A DNA stretch of 64,000 nucleotides from a virus. Under the pieces are notes generated by a model, which searched no databases, was not told the DNA's origin, and saw nothing but the letters and a program-made list of their open reading frames with translations. Below are positions 49,264-59,893 of this stretch, one piece after another. Position 1 is the first letter of the stretch. Every line of letters starts with the position of its first letter. The translations under genes were made by a program, and so were the position numbers. The DNA lies in the IMG/VR virus record IMGVR_UViG_3300046168_000026, positions 32,001 through 96,000 of that record; one strand, given 5' to 3'.

Positions 49264-49922
49264 TCCCATATGTAATTCCATTTTTGTTTATGCCACTTAT
49301 TTTCTTTAATGTATTTTATAATATCATGATGTACCATCTTTGTATCAAAATAGTGTGGCTTACAATATAAATGACCAAAGAGTGGAACTCCACTCGTTAC
49401 TGAATCTGCCATATTCATAAAACTTCCTTCATAAACATGGATTTCTTTTGCGTTCTGTAATACTTTTCTGTAATCCAATATATGTCCTGCTCTACCATCA
49501 AGGTTTATCACAGGTAAATTTGGATTCATAAAATGTTTTCTGTTAATACCAATCATTGGACGATTCATATTATCAAGTGGTCTTTCATGTACGATTATGT
49601 AATCTTTACCATGCGTTTGAACCAACTCATTATATAATCTATCCTCTTCATTTACATCATAATCCCAAGTTAAATCTCGCCAACTACTATGTTCAACACC
49701 ATCTTGAAATTTTAATCCTATATGTGGTGCGTGATATTCATGAGGACAAGTGCCTGTTGATAGGTTTGGTGTCTCATTGTATAGTTTTTCAAATAACCAA
49801 TTTAGTCTTGGTACTTGTATGTATACTCTATCGTATTCTTTACAATACTTTTCTTTAATTACTGATGAGAACATTAAGCCATCACCAACTCCACCTGCGT
49901 GTCCTATTGTTATTGCTTCCAT
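49260..49922 (-). CDS. putative glycosyltransferase (GT9/GT-B-like)
   Basis: HAGGVGD start motif; cluster context. Confidence 0.5.
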   Translation of the reverse strand: MEAITIGHAGGVGDGLMFSSVIKEKYCKEYDRVYIQVPRLNWLFEKLYNETPNLSTGTCPHEYHAPHIGLKFQDGVEHSSWRDLTWDYDVNEEDRLYNELVQTHGKDYIIVHERPLDNMNRPMIGINRKHFMNPNLPVINLDGRAGHILDYRKVLQNAKEIHVYEGSFMNMADSVTSGVPLFGHLYCKPHYFDTKMVHHDIIKYIKENKWHKQKWNYIWE

Positions 49923-51646
49923 TAACTTAACATTTTTTCAACGATTTCGATATCTGATGGATAGTCAACTGCGTGTGATACATTGTCCACCATTACCATT
50001 TTTACTTTATGTCCCATCTCTATAAATCTATCAATCTCAATGTCTTCCTCAAATTCGAGTGGTGTCTTTTTACCATAATCGGCAAAGTCTTTTAGATGTT
50101 CTCTATTGAATCCGTAGATACAAACTTGTTTCATTGGATTACTGGTCTTACCCTGTTTTGTTCCTGGGAGTGGACTCCTTGAACACCAAATTAACTCATC
50201 ATTTAGATTTGTAATTACTTTTGGTATCTTTGGGTCTTCAATCTTTTCGTGAGGATTCAAATATGCCATACAATTTATAATATGGTCAGGGTTATCAATC
50301 TTAGCTTGAATAACTTTATCAATATCGTTTGCTGATAACATAGGTTCGTCACCTTGGACATTGATGATAAAGTCTGCGTCTATTTCCATTGCCGCTTCTG
50401 CTACTCTATCTGTACCCGTTGGACATTCGTCTGAAGTTAAGATTACTTTTAAACCATTGTTTTTTGCAACATCAACAATTTCTTCGTTTTCTGTTGCGAT
50501 GTAAACATTATCTTTACCCACCATCGAGTTTTGACATAGTTCAGCAACCCAAAGAATCATTTCTTTTCCATTAATCATCGCAAGAGGTTTTCCAGGGAAT
50601 CTTGATGATTTGTATCTTGCGGGGATAACTATCGCAACCTTTGGGTCTAAGACCCCATCAAGTTTTTTATTATCAAATGACTTCGATTCAGGTATGTCAA
50701 GTAATACATCTTCTATCCTATTAGGATGTAAGAACGATTGTTGTAAGTTCTGAGGATACAATGGGTGAATGTGTTTCAATCCACTAACCATATAGTTGTG
50801 TGTAAAACCCCATTTGTATTTTTCCATCAAAGGATTCATCCAATCAGAAATAACTTTTTGTAAGGGTTTACAATTGTATTGTGTCTTATCACCCCAAAGA
50901 AATTTTGTTTGGTCTTTTGCGTATTGTAGGTAAGTTACAAGTTGTTCTGTTTTAACATTTCCGACACCTCTACCCATTCCAAGTAAAGTACCATCTAACC
51001 AAAGTGCCCCTTCGGATTCTGCGGCAAGACAATTGGCGAATGCAAGTCCAAGGTTATCGTGTGTATGAATCCCAATCTTCGAATCACCTTCGAATAGTTC
51101 TACAATCTCTTTTGTTCTATCAGGAGTCAATGCTCCATATGAATCAGCAAAGTATAATGATAGTGGTTTTAATTCACCCATATCATTTACGAAAGTATTT
51201 ATTTCACTATCATCCAATAAAGATATACCCATCAGATTTACTATCAATTCGTAATCCTTTGATTGGATATATTTACCGATTTCGATTGCGAGGTCTAACT
51301 CCGAATACTTTATCGCGAGACGACAAATATCGAATGGTGAATTTTCCCCATCATGGATAACATCATCAATCAATGAGAAATCTACTTCATTACCTTTTAT
51401 GAAATCCTTTGCGTCAATCATAAACGCAAGTTTGAGGTTTACTGGCTTTCTATTGTCCAATACATCCCAAATGAACCTATCGTTACACTTACGATATTTA
51501 CCACCCTTAACAGGCGATTTGTAACCCATCTCCATTACTCCGACTCCCGAAAGGTCAAGGGCTTGTACTAAGTCTCTGACCATCTGAGTGTCAAAGTTCC
51601 AATTGGTGTAGTACCCACCATCTCTTAATGTACAATCTAATATCAT
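49922..51646 (-). CDS. fusion: DRE-TIM (HMGL-like) pyruvate aldolase plus CMP-Kdo synthetase (KdsB)
   Basis: LDCTLRDGG, ADSYG, HTHDN, GMGRGVGN; then IPARYKSSRFPGKPL, GTDR, NVQGDEP, AVD. Confidence 0.88.
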   Translation of the reverse strand: MILDCTLRDGGYYTNWNFDTQMVRDLVQALDLSGVGVMEMGYKSPVKGGKYRKCNDRFIWDVLDNRKPVNLKLAFMIDAKDFIKGNEVDFSLIDDVIHDGENSPFDICRLAIKYSELDLAIEIGKYIQSKDYELIVNLMGISLLDDSEINTFVNDMGELKPLSLYFADSYGALTPDRTKEIVELFEGDSKIGIHTHDNLGLAFANCLAAESEGALWLDGTLLGMGRGVGNVKTEQLVTYLQYAKDQTKFLWGDKTQYNCKPLQKVISDWMNPLMEKYKWGFTHNYMVSGLKHIHPLYPQNLQQSFLHPNRIEDVLLDIPESKSFDNKKLDGVLDPKVAIVIPARYKSSRFPGKPLAMINGKEMILWVAELCQNSMVGKDNVYIATENEEIVDVAKNNGLKVILTSDECPTGTDRVAEAAMEIDADFIINVQGDEPMLSANDIDKVIQAKIDNPDHIINCMAYLNPHEKIEDPKIPKVITNLNDELIWCSRSPLPGTKQGKTSNPMKQVCIYGFNREHLKDFADYGKKTPLEFEEDIEIDRFIEMGHKVKMVMVDNVSHAVDYPSDIEIVEKMLS

Positions 51647-51699
51647 AGGAAATTTGTTAAAATTTTCTTTCGACACACGAATCGTTCCCAAAATGTGGG

Positions 51700-52323
51700 T
51701 TACACGAGGGTGTCATAATAGTCGTTTTGTTTTACTTGTTTTTCTATATCTTTGTGATGGAACAATGATAGTTCCTCAACCCAAGGTAAATTAGAAATCG
51801 TGTCATATCCATCGAGTTTCTCGTGTACCTTATTTATCCAACGAATGGAGTCTGATTTTTTATAAACTCTCCATTGTGGGTCTGGCCAATTTACTCGACC
51901 CTTATCATCAACCTTCCACCCCCACTTCTGAATGTACTCATCGGTTAACCCATCTACCAAATTTACTCTTGGTACAAGAATCACATCAACACCATTCATT
52001 TCAAGGATTGCTGGAAGGTTTTCAATCAATTCATTATTAGGGATTTCATCTGCGTCAATCTGAAAGATGTAATCACCATTACATAAATCTGTTAATTTGT
52101 TTTTCCAATTTGCGAAGTGTCCATCGAACTCACCACTATGCCATGAGTAAGTCGGATTTACTGATTTTGCTCTGAGGTATTCTTCTACTTTTGTATCACC
52201 ATTCTTAGAATCGTATAGAACTACGATTTCATCTTCGTCTCTGATATTGTCTAATAGGTAAGGTATTAGTTTTTGAATTTCTACCAACTCATTACAAACT
52301 GTAATTGCGTAACTTATTTTCAT
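51700..52323 (-). CDS. glycosyltransferase family 2
   Basis: ISYAITVCNE, IDADE, W..KVHE. Confidence 0.88.
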   Translation of the reverse strand: MKISYAITVCNELVEIQKLIPYLLDNIRDEDEIVVLYDSKNGDTKVEEYLRAKSVNPTYSWHSGEFDGHFANWKNKLTDLCNGDYIFQIDADEIPNNELIENLPAILEMNGVDVILVPRVNLVDGLTDEYIQKWGWKVDDKGRVNWPDPQWRVYKKSDSIRWINKVHEKLDGYDTISNLPWVEELSLFHHKDIEKQVKQNDYYDTLV

Positions 52324-52332
52324 ACTTTATTT

Positions 52333-52848
52333 TTATAATCCTACGGGTGGAGTATCTTGTGTGGTCTCCAAATCCGTATCGTCCTTTCGAACTTGTTCTT
52401 GTTGTCTTCGTTCTGACCTTGATGCTACTTTATCAAATACACCATAGTCATAGTTATAAATTGTTATCTGACCTACATTCTTTTCAACCAAAGTTCTATA
52501 ACCATTTTGAAGGTCTTTGTTCTTTAGTTTAGAAGTGTAGAATTGTTTAGAGTTAACTTCTACTCTCAATTTACTCAAATCTAACTTTTTAATTTGAGGA
52601 GTAGTACTTGTTACCTCATTCAAATCCTCTGCAAGTTTAGTAAACTTGTCGGGTGCACAATCTTTTAAATCTAAACAATGAAAGTAATTCTTGAATTTAG
52701 GTTGTAAGATAAAGACAAACATATCTCTCTGAGAGTTGTCTCGTTTCTTATACCTAATCTTTGCAACCATACCTCTTTCTAATTTAGTCTTAGAAACTCT
52801 TGTAGGGTCTGTTAATTTACTTCTATGTCTACTTGTAAAATCTGGCAT
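52333..52848 (-). CDS. hypothetical protein
   Basis: ORF coupled to upstream stop. Confidence 0.65.
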   Translation of the reverse strand: MPDFTSRHRSKLTDPTRVSKTKLERGMVAKIRYKKRDNSQRDMFVFILQPKFKNYFHCLDLKDCAPDKFTKLAEDLNEVTSTTPQIKKLDLSKLRVEVNSKQFYTSKLKNKDLQNGYRTLVEKNVGQITIYNYDYGVFDKVASRSERRQQEQVRKDDTDLETTQDTPPVGL

Positions 52849-54128
52849 TACTTTTTCTTCAATTTAGGTAGTTTCAATCCAACTTGAGTAGGACCTTCAC
52901 CAACTTTATATTGTGTTAACAACTCACCTAACTTCTCTGTCATCTTATCTTGAGTAAAGTTAGTTTTTACATAATGTCTGTTTTTACGAGACATTACCAC
53001 TGCTTTTTTGTAATTGTTATAAACTGTTTTTAGAACACCACCTGCTTGTTGATGGTCAATCTTGAACCATTTTGCTTGTTCAAGAATCCATTTGTTTGCA
53101 GCTGATTTATGGACATTCTCTAATTTACCACCCACTAAAAAGTTATATTCTTTATTTAAGAAATCTACATGACCACTCCAAGCTGATGCTATAATTGGTT
53201 TACCACTAACACATGCCTCAAGTAATGGTCTACCGAATCCTTCACCATGAGTAAATGATACATGAGATTTTACTTTTGGATGGTTGTATACTGAATTCAT
53301 TTCTTCATCAGTCAAATCACCATCTAAAATATAAATATTAGGAAAGTTAGTTCCACCAATTCTATTTTTACATCTTTCAATTGTTTTTCTTAGTCGATGT
53401 ATATTTGATATTGATGGTTGTCCATTATTAGTTTTTAGAACCAACGCAGGTTTAGTTTTGTTTTTAAAAGATGTTCCCTTAAATGTATTCAAAAATACTT
53501 TTACTAATGAATATATGTTTTTTCTATCTTGACCATCTGCGCCTGGTAACCAATGACCCACAAATAAGAAACAAAAGTTTTCTGGTATTTTGTCAAATAC
53601 TTTTTTAACAGTATTGTTTATAGGTGCTTTATTGTCAAAAACCTTTGTGTCAAATCCCTCGAATAAAACTTCAACAGGTTTTTCTAATTTCAACTCACCC
53701 ATTTTTTGTTTTGTCTGGTCATTGAGTTTATCATAAACTGCCGATAAAGTTCTTGCTGAATGTTCTGACGAAACCATAGTTAAGTCCATTCTATTACACC
53801 CATCGATAAATTCTGCAGGCGCATCTGATGTTTCGATAACTGCTGATACACCAATATTAAAATGACCTACTGGTTGAAACTCTGATGGAATTGTCATTTG
53901 AATCCAAATATCTGGCTTCGATTCCATTTTAGGACTGATTCTTGAAGTCAAATCCGAATCATCAGGTGTCAATGCGTTGATAGGAGTTTGTCCCCATCGT
54001 TGAGACAATATTCTAATGTCCCACTCATCACCCTTTAACTGAATTAATGACCTTACGAAATCTCTACTTCTTGCACCATAACCACTTCTTGTAGCTATTG
54101 GACAACTAATTACACATACTTTTTTCAT
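52848..54128 (-). CDS. glycosyltransferase family 4 (GT-B)
   Basis: SGYG, RKN, EGFGRPLLEA. Confidence 0.9.
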   Translation of the reverse strand: MKKVCVISCPIATRSGYGARSRDFVRSLIQLKGDEWDIRILSQRWGQTPINALTPDDSDLTSRISPKMESKPDIWIQMTIPSEFQPVGHFNIGVSAVIETSDAPAEFIDGCNRMDLTMVSSEHSARTLSAVYDKLNDQTKQKMGELKLEKPVEVLFEGFDTKVFDNKAPINNTVKKVFDKIPENFCFLFVGHWLPGADGQDRKNIYSLVKVFLNTFKGTSFKNKTKPALVLKTNNGQPSISNIHRLRKTIERCKNRIGGTNFPNIYILDGDLTDEEMNSVYNHPKVKSHVSFTHGEGFGRPLLEACVSGKPIIASAWSGHVDFLNKEYNFLVGGKLENVHKSAANKWILEQAKWFKIDHQQAGGVLKTVYNNYKKAVVMSRKNRHYVKTNFTQDKMTEKLGELLTQYKVGEGPTQVGLKLPKLKKK

Positions 54129-55537
54129 ATCTTGTAAATATCAAATCTTTGTCTTGGTTTCCAATTTTCAAAACAAGTATCAATTGCTTCAATAAATTTC
54201 TCACCCATTGTTTCGGCTGCCATATCACCTGCACCCATAATAAATTCATGTCCTTTCATACCTGCGGATGTACACTCATCCCTACCCTTACTATACCATT
54301 TATCTATTGCCGAACCGATGTCTTTATAAGAACATCTATCATCAAATATATAAGGAGTAACGGGTGACCCTTGTAGTGAACGATTAGAAGGCCAGATTGG
54401 TTCAACCCATTCACCCCAAGTCAGTTCGTCTATAATTGGATTATCTTTATCGTGTAAAGAACCAATCTCAACATAATCATCTCCAGTTAAGAACTCACCA
54501 TTTAGTTTAAATCCACATTGGTCTTGCAATCCACCTGTAACATTTACAATGATAGGAGTACCTGCTCGTAATGCTTCACAAGAACCTAAACCAAACCCTT
54601 CGTTTGATGCGACATTTAATACCACATCACATGAGTTATAAAACATATTTAATGCTTCCGTACTTAGTTTTCCATCTGAAAACTTTACATCACAATTTTT
54701 TACATTCATTTTTACCAATTCAGGAAGGTCTGTACCATTATCATCAATTGGATTTGTATGCATGAACAATAGTACTTTTTTGTTTGGATGTTTCTTTGCA
54801 AACTCTTCTACTCCTAAAACAACATCACCTGGAACTTTTCTACGAATGTTTCTGTTACACCATCCGAGAATAAAGTCATAATCATTAATACCACATTCTT
54901 CTTTGTATGCTATTAAATTAGTATCTGTATCTGATAGTGGTTTGAATAAGTTAGTTACTCCATGTGGAATATACTTGAAAGACCAATCTCCTCTGTCTTC
55001 ACCATACCAATCCATTACTCTTTTGTTAATACCATATGTTTGTTTGGATATACCTAACAACAAGTCACAACTTGCGTAAAATGGTGCATTCCAATGTGGG
55101 TCAGGTAATGAGTCCCATATATTGTAATACATGATTGGACAAATCTGTCTAACCTCATTTTCCATATCATACAACCATCCCCAAAATCTTGGGTCAGTAA
55201 AGTGTAGTATTGCGTCTGGTTTTTCTACATTCAATAATTCTCTTAAAACTTCAGGATTACCATAACTTGTATGGGCGTATATCTTTACAGATGCGTCTTC
55301 TATGCCTGTAAGTTTTCTAACATCATCATCTAAAATGAATTGTTTACCATGGTCGGGATGCTTTAATGCAGCCCCCAATTGTACCCAATCATATTTGTGT
55401 ACTGTTGATAGTACGATTTCTTTTGATTGTGTTGCAATCCCACTATGTAATCGTAAATCATCGGAAAGTAAAAGTATCTTTGGTTTCTTAACCTTATTCT
55501 TAGATACCTTCTTTAGTTTTGGTAGTTCTATGCTCAT
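54125..55537 (-). CDS. glycosyltransferase family 4 (GT-B)
   Basis: IPHG, RNIRRK, NEGFGLGSCEA, TGGLQD. Confidence 0.9.
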   Translation of the reverse strand: MSIELPKLKKVSKNKVKKPKILLLSDDLRLHSGIATQSKEIVLSTVHKYDWVQLGAALKHPDHGKQFILDDDVRKLTGIEDASVKIYAHTSYGNPEVLRELLNVEKPDAILHFTDPRFWGWLYDMENEVRQICPIMYYNIWDSLPDPHWNAPFYASCDLLLGISKQTYGINKRVMDWYGEDRGDWSFKYIPHGVTNLFKPLSDTDTNLIAYKEECGINDYDFILGWCNRNIRRKVPGDVVLGVEEFAKKHPNKKVLLFMHTNPIDDNGTDLPELVKMNVKNCDVKFSDGKLSTEALNMFYNSCDVVLNVASNEGFGLGSCEALRAGTPIIVNVTGGLQDQCGFKLNGEFLTGDDYVEIGSLHDKDNPIIDELTWGEWVEPIWPSNRSLQGSPVTPYIFDDRCSYKDIGSAIDKWYSKGRDECTSAGMKGHEFIMGAGDMAAETMGEKFIEAIDTCFENWKPRQRFDIYKI

Positions 55538-55588
55538 TCTATAACTTCTTCTTAATTTATTTAACTATAAATATACAAAAAATATTTA

Positions 55589-55972
55589 TTAAATCCTATT
55601 ATAATCATCATTAATTCTAACGATATCATCTTCACCGAAATAGGTTCCAGTTTGAACCTCTATAAACTCAACGGGTTCATCCGTTTCATTCCATGCTCTG
55701 TGTTTTGCACCTAATGGTATTCTGATAGTTTCACCATATTTTCTGAATACCTTTTCATCATCCAAAACAATTGTTAACTCACCTTTTATAATTGTCCAAC
55801 ATTCTTGTCTTTTGTGGTGATACTGATAAGATAGTTTTTGATTTGGATTTACTGTAATTCTTTTTACTTTTGTTGTAGGGTCATCTAATAATACTTCATA
55901 CTTTCCCCATGGTCGAGTTTCAGTTAAGATTCCTCTAGCAGCTATTGATTGGTTTGATTCTAATTTACTCAT
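55589..55972 (-). CDS. mannose-6-phosphate isomerase type II cupin domain
   Basis: RPWG, LSYQYHHKRQECW, HR..N, EVQTG.Y.GEDDIVR. Confidence 0.92.
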   Translation of the reverse strand: MSKLESNQSIAARGILTETRPWGKYEVLLDDPTTKVKRITVNPNQKLSYQYHHKRQECWTIIKGELTIVLDDEKVFRKYGETIRIPLGAKHRAWNETDEPVEFIEVQTGTYFGEDDIVRINDDYNRI

Positions 55973-56364
55973 TGTACAAAACTTGCTTTTTTACTCCATC
56001 TATTTAGTAACCTACTAAAATGGTTAAAGTCTTTTCTTGTTATTTCACCAAAGTATATTATTCTATCTGAATTATGTACTATACAATCGTACTGATGAAG
56101 TGGTTGTGTTGGATGATATGGTTTATCATAGTAATCATCGTCCATTCCACTATATAAAGTACTTGATGTATGTGCTGCGTTATATTCGATATACTTTAGA
56201 TTCATTTCTAACGCATATTTTCTAACCCACTTCTCTACACCATTCTTTTTACCTCTCGTGATAATTGTTAAATCCTCACCAAATTTTTGTTTGAGTTTAA
56301 AGATTGCTTCTTTAAGTTCACCTCTATTTTCGTACTTCTCATCCCCTATCAGAGCTACCTTCAT
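55969..56364 (-). CDS. SLOG/YspA-like (DUF2493) protein
   Basis: MKVALIG...IITRG...GVE.....YA; start reassigned. Confidence 0.6.
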   Translation of the reverse strand: MKVALIGDEKYENRGELKEAIFKLKQKFGEDLTIITRGKKNGVEKWVRKYALEMNLKYIEYNAAHTSSTLYSGMDDDYYDKPYHPTQPLHQYDCIVHNSDRIIYFGEITRKDFNHFSRLLNRWSKKASFVQ

Positions 56365-56851
56365 TTTTATTAAGTGTGTTTCGTACCTTTTTCCAATACC
56401 TTTTAGTTTGTTTCTTTTGTAATCCCTTCGGACCACCATTCCAACACCTTGCGATTTTCTCATATGAACTTTCTTTGTGATAATAATCTACAAATACATA
56501 AAACATTTCAATAGACTTTTCTCTATTCCATCTGTCATCAAGTGTATAAAATCTATTATCATCATTTTTGTTTAAAATTCGATTTACATCATTCACCATT
56601 ATGGGTCTAATCTGTAATACTCCTGCAGCGTTTTCTTTTTTTGCATATGCAGTTGGATTACCCTCTGATTCTACCCACACCATTGCCTCTACCAAATCAT
56701 CTAAATTTCTTACAATGGGTTTTATTTCATTTTCTACTTTTTCAATTTTAATTTCCTTAATAGGAATCGTGTCAATTTGTTCTATTGGTTGTTCGTTGTT
56801 ATTTACCGAAGAACATAGTAATCCGACTAATACTATTGAAAGATTTCTCAT
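56339..56851 (-). CDS. lysozyme-like / lytic transglycosylase protein
   Basis: VES, GVLQI, ARCWNGGP, YW.KV; N-terminal signal. Confidence 0.8.
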   Translation of the reverse strand: MRNLSIVLVGLLCSSVNNNEQPIEQIDTIPIKEIKIEKVENEIKPIVRNLDDLVEAMVWVESEGNPTAYAKKENAAGVLQIRPIMVNDVNRILNKNDDNRFYTLDDRWNREKSIEMFYVFVDYYHKESSYEKIARCWNGGPKGLQKKQTKRYWKKVRNTLNKNEGSSDRG

Positions 56852-57798
56852 ACAAATTTTATTCGTTCAACTTTGGGACATAATTCACTATCCTTAAAAG
56901 GACAATACTTACAACTTTTCTTGTTTTTACCCATCGTAGCGGGAAAGTCCCCTTCTGTGTTGTAAGAACCATCATCGTTAAAAGCGTTGTCGATAAACTC
57001 ATCAAAACTTTTTACAATCTTATTTAATGTTGGTTTTCCATGTGATGGTACAAATTCTTGTACTCGTTTCTGAGCAAACATAGCTTCTTCCCATAACTTC
57101 CTCTTAACTATAAAGTATCTAACCTGTATCTTGTCTAAAGGATATCCATATTGTTCAGCGAAAAACTTCTTGTACAATACTAATTGAGCAGTTTTTGTTT
57201 TATCTGCTTTTTGCCATTTGTTCCAACCTTTTGTTGAGGTTTTGATATCCCAAATTTCTATTGTATTATCTGCAAGATTCTCAAATACTAAGTCAAGGAA
57301 TCCCTTCATCATAATATTTTCATTAGAATCGGATGCTGGGTAGTATATTGGTAACTCAACTCCAACTAATTTCATAGTCCTTGTTGAGAAGTATGATGCT
57401 CTATTCTTACGAAGGAAATCCAATATCTGAACACCATCATCGTAGAATTCATTCATTTGGTCTTTTGTGGTGAACTTGACACCATAGACTGCCATCATCT
57501 TTTTGTACTCCTTAGCCATCTCTTCTAATAGTAGAGATTCTAAGTCCATTTCATTTGCTTTAACTGCCGACTCGTTGTACATTACTTGTAACCACGATTG
57601 AATTGTCTCGTGCATCGCAGTACCAAATACAAGGTGAATAGATGGGTCAAAGTCTTTGTGACCATCCATATAGGTCAATTTCCATTGTTTTGGACAATTA
57701 GCCCACATCGTATATTGAGAATACGAAACTTTAACATCACCCTTCTTTTCTTCATGAACAGGAAAGTTAAAGATATTTGATACCATAGATTTTTTCAT
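56848..57798 (-). CDS. PD-(D/E)XK nuclease (AddB/Cas4-like)
   Basis: SYSQ...CP, GTAMH, E...GFLD...DIKT, QL..Y, CKYCPF..C. Confidence 0.88.
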   Translation of the reverse strand: MKKSMVSNIFNFPVHEEKKGDVKVSYSQYTMWANCPKQWKLTYMDGHKDFDPSIHLVFGTAMHETIQSWLQVMYNESAVKANEMDLESLLLEEMAKEYKKMMAVYGVKFTTKDQMNEFYDDGVQILDFLRKNRASYFSTRTMKLVGVELPIYYPASDSNENIMMKGFLDLVFENLADNTIEIWDIKTSTKGWNKWQKADKTKTAQLVLYKKFFAEQYGYPLDKIQVRYFIVKRKLWEEAMFAQKRVQEFVPSHGKPTLNKIVKSFDEFIDNAFNDDGSYNTEGDFPATMGKNKKSCKYCPFKDSELCPKVERIKFV

Positions 57799-57801
57799 AC
57801 A

Positions 57802-57864
57802 CTCTAATATACGACAATTTGACGAGAATGCCAAATTTTAATGTTATTAAATTGTTAAGTTTTT
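57802..57864 (-). promoter_or_regulatory. repeated extended promoter element, copy 9
   Basis: AAAACTTAACAATTTAATAACATTAAAATTTGG-N19-TATATTAG. Confidence 0.7.
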
Positions 57865-58273
57865 ACTTAGCCCACTTCTTTCTTTGGACTATCTGAGAGA
57901 TAATTCCATATACACTCAAATCTTCGTAAGTGTCTTGGATATTCTCACCAACCTCATCGGGTTGACCTAATACAACTAATTGCTTTAGTCTTTGGATTTT
58001 ATCGTTTTTTCTAAACCATAAACCAACTAATGATAGTTTGATATCTTCGTCTGATTCTAAATTAGTTCCAACCGATATATTACCTGGCCCATAGTTTCTT
58101 TGTTTTTTACAAAATGTTTCATACATTTCATCTAAAATCTTTTGGAACTCTGATGTAGTTTCTGGGTATAATCTTTCACAATATTCTACTGCGTTTTCTT
58201 CTACATTTCTTTTTTCAGTTCTCTCACCCTTCCACTCTACTTTATTTTTTCTGTCTTTTATTACTTTAGCCAT
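57863..58273 (-). CDS. nucleotide modification-associated domain 1 (DUF1599) protein
   Basis: KKQRNYG..NI, R..DKIQRL, E.I.DT..DL..YGII. Confidence 0.75.
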   Translation of the reverse strand: MAKVIKDRKNKVEWKGERTEKRNVEENAVEYCERLYPETTSEFQKILDEMYETFCKKQRNYGPGNISVGTNLESDEDIKLSLVGLWFRKNDKIQRLKQLVVLGQPDEVGENIQDTYEDLSVYGIISQIVQRKKWAK

Positions 58274-58704
58274 TTTTTTATTTCTTTTTTATCTAACCCA
58301 TATTTTAACAATATTTCAGTAATATTGTCTTTACTAAGTATTTCAAGATAGTCTCTGACTTCTCTTTGTGATACTGAGTAGTACTTTGCAAGATACTCCA
58401 ACACATTGGAATTATACTTGTCATCTTTTTTACCTTTTATGTATTTGTCAAAAGACCTTTTCTTTGGTAAAAAATCAAGATACATTTTATAAACATCTCT
58501 TGGACTGAGTTGACCAATAGTAAACTTTTGTAGCTCGTTAACCAACTCCAATAATCCCATATTCATAGACAAAAACCTATTGACCATAAATGGTTCAAAG
58601 GTTTTTTTATCCATAACTGACAGACTATCCCAAGAAGTTTTTGACTCCTTAAGTCCAGATAGATGTTGAAATAATGTCTTAGCCTTCTTGGTTGTCGCCA
58701 TCAA
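58261..58704 (-). CDS. clamp loader small subunit (T4 gp62-like)
   Basis: PFMVNRFLS, YY.VS.RE...YL; next to RFC gene. Confidence 0.75.
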   Translation of the reverse strand: MMATTKKAKTLFQHLSGLKESKTSWDSLSVMDKKTFEPFMVNRFLSMNMGLLELVNELQKFTIGQLSPRDVYKMYLDFLPKKRSFDKYIKGKKDDKYNSNVLEYLAKYYSVSQREVRDYLEILSKDNITEILLKYGLDKKEIKKWLK

Positions 58705-58969
58705 TTAGTTCTTTCGGTGTAAATTTAGGATGAACAGTTCCACAATTGTTACACAATACAACAGGTATTGGTAACATTGATGCTACACCATTTGGTGATT
58801 GTACTGCTGGTACTTCTTTATACATTGTTACTTCGTCAAAAAATATCCCACCACACTCAGGACAACTTACTGTCTCTAATTTTCTTGGGTCAAGTTTTAA
58901 TTGAGGTTGTTGTTGTGGGTTTTGTTGACCACCCAAGTTAACAACTTTACCTTTTCCTTTTTTTGCCAT
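58679..58969 (-). CDS. zinc-ribbon protein
   Basis: CPECG and CNNCG. Confidence 0.7.
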   Translation of the reverse strand: MAKKGKGKVVNLGGQQNPQQQPQLKLDPRKLETVSCPECGGIFFDEVTMYKEVPAVQSPNGVASMLPIPVVLCNNCGTVHPKFTPKELIDGDNQEG

Positions 58970-58972
58970 AAT

Positions 58973-59893
58973 TTATTTTCCTAATGTCATTAAAATAGTT
59001 AATACCATAGCCATCACATTGATTTCTTTATCAACTACCATAGAGTCTTTGTACTGACCCTCGGCTATATTTAAAATAGTGTGTCCGACTTTACCATTTG
59101 CATATGAATCTACTTCATCATAAAGTGCTCTATACAATGGTGTAAAGTCTTTCACTTTTGAATCTGCAATAATTTGTCTGATTGTGTTGAACTTTGTTTT
59201 CATTTCACCACTATCTTGTAAAACTTTTATTACATCTTCAGTATAGTTCGCCTGAATTGTAGAGGTTGTATCTATTTGTAATTCACCTTTGACAACTTGT
59301 CTTTGTGCTGAATTTAGAACTCTACGAATGTCAGGATAACCACTATTGACCAAAATTGCCAACTCTTCTTTTTCAAACTTAACTGATTCCTCATTTAATA
59401 TATCAAACAATCTTTTTGCCACTTCTTTTTTAGAAGGTGGTGTTATTGCGAATGTTTGACAACGAGATTGAATCGGGTCAATAATTTTCTCTACATAGTT
59501 ACAAGTTAAAATGAACCTTGTAGATTTACTAAAAGTTTCCATAAGATTACGAAGTGCTGCTTGTGCATTTGGTGTCAAATAGTCAGCTTCGTCTAATATG
59601 ATAACTTTCCACTTTCTGAAACCCATTGATGATGCAAATCCACGAATCTTGTCACGAACTGCGTCAACTGAGTTTTCATCAGAAGCGTTAATATACATCA
59701 AATCACAATCAATCTGATTTGTGATTATCTTTGCGAGGGTAGTCTTACCAGTTCCTGCAACTCCATAGAGTAACAAGTGAGGTACATCCTCATTTTCAAT
59801 GTATATTTTTACTTTGTCTAATATATGTTGATTACCAACATATCCATCTAATGTATCGGGTCTGTATTTTTCAACCCATAGTGAATTGCTCAT
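58973..59893 (-). CDS. clamp loader ATPase subunit (RFC / T4 gp44-like)
   Basis: WVEKYRP, GVAGTGKT, NASD, DEAD, SRC. Confidence 0.95.
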   Translation of the reverse strand: MSNSLWVEKYRPDTLDGYVGNQHILDKVKIYIENEDVPHLLLYGVAGTGKTTLAKIITNQIDCDLMYINASDENSVDAVRDKIRGFASSMGFRKWKVIILDEADYLTPNAQAALRNLMETFSKSTRFILTCNYVEKIIDPIQSRCQTFAITPPSKKEVAKRLFDILNEESVKFEKEELAILVNSGYPDIRRVLNSAQRQVVKGELQIDTTSTIQANYTEDVIKVLQDSGEMKTKFNTIRQIIADSKVKDFTPLYRALYDEVDSYANGKVGHTILNIAEGQYKDSMVVDKEINVMAMVLTILMTLGK

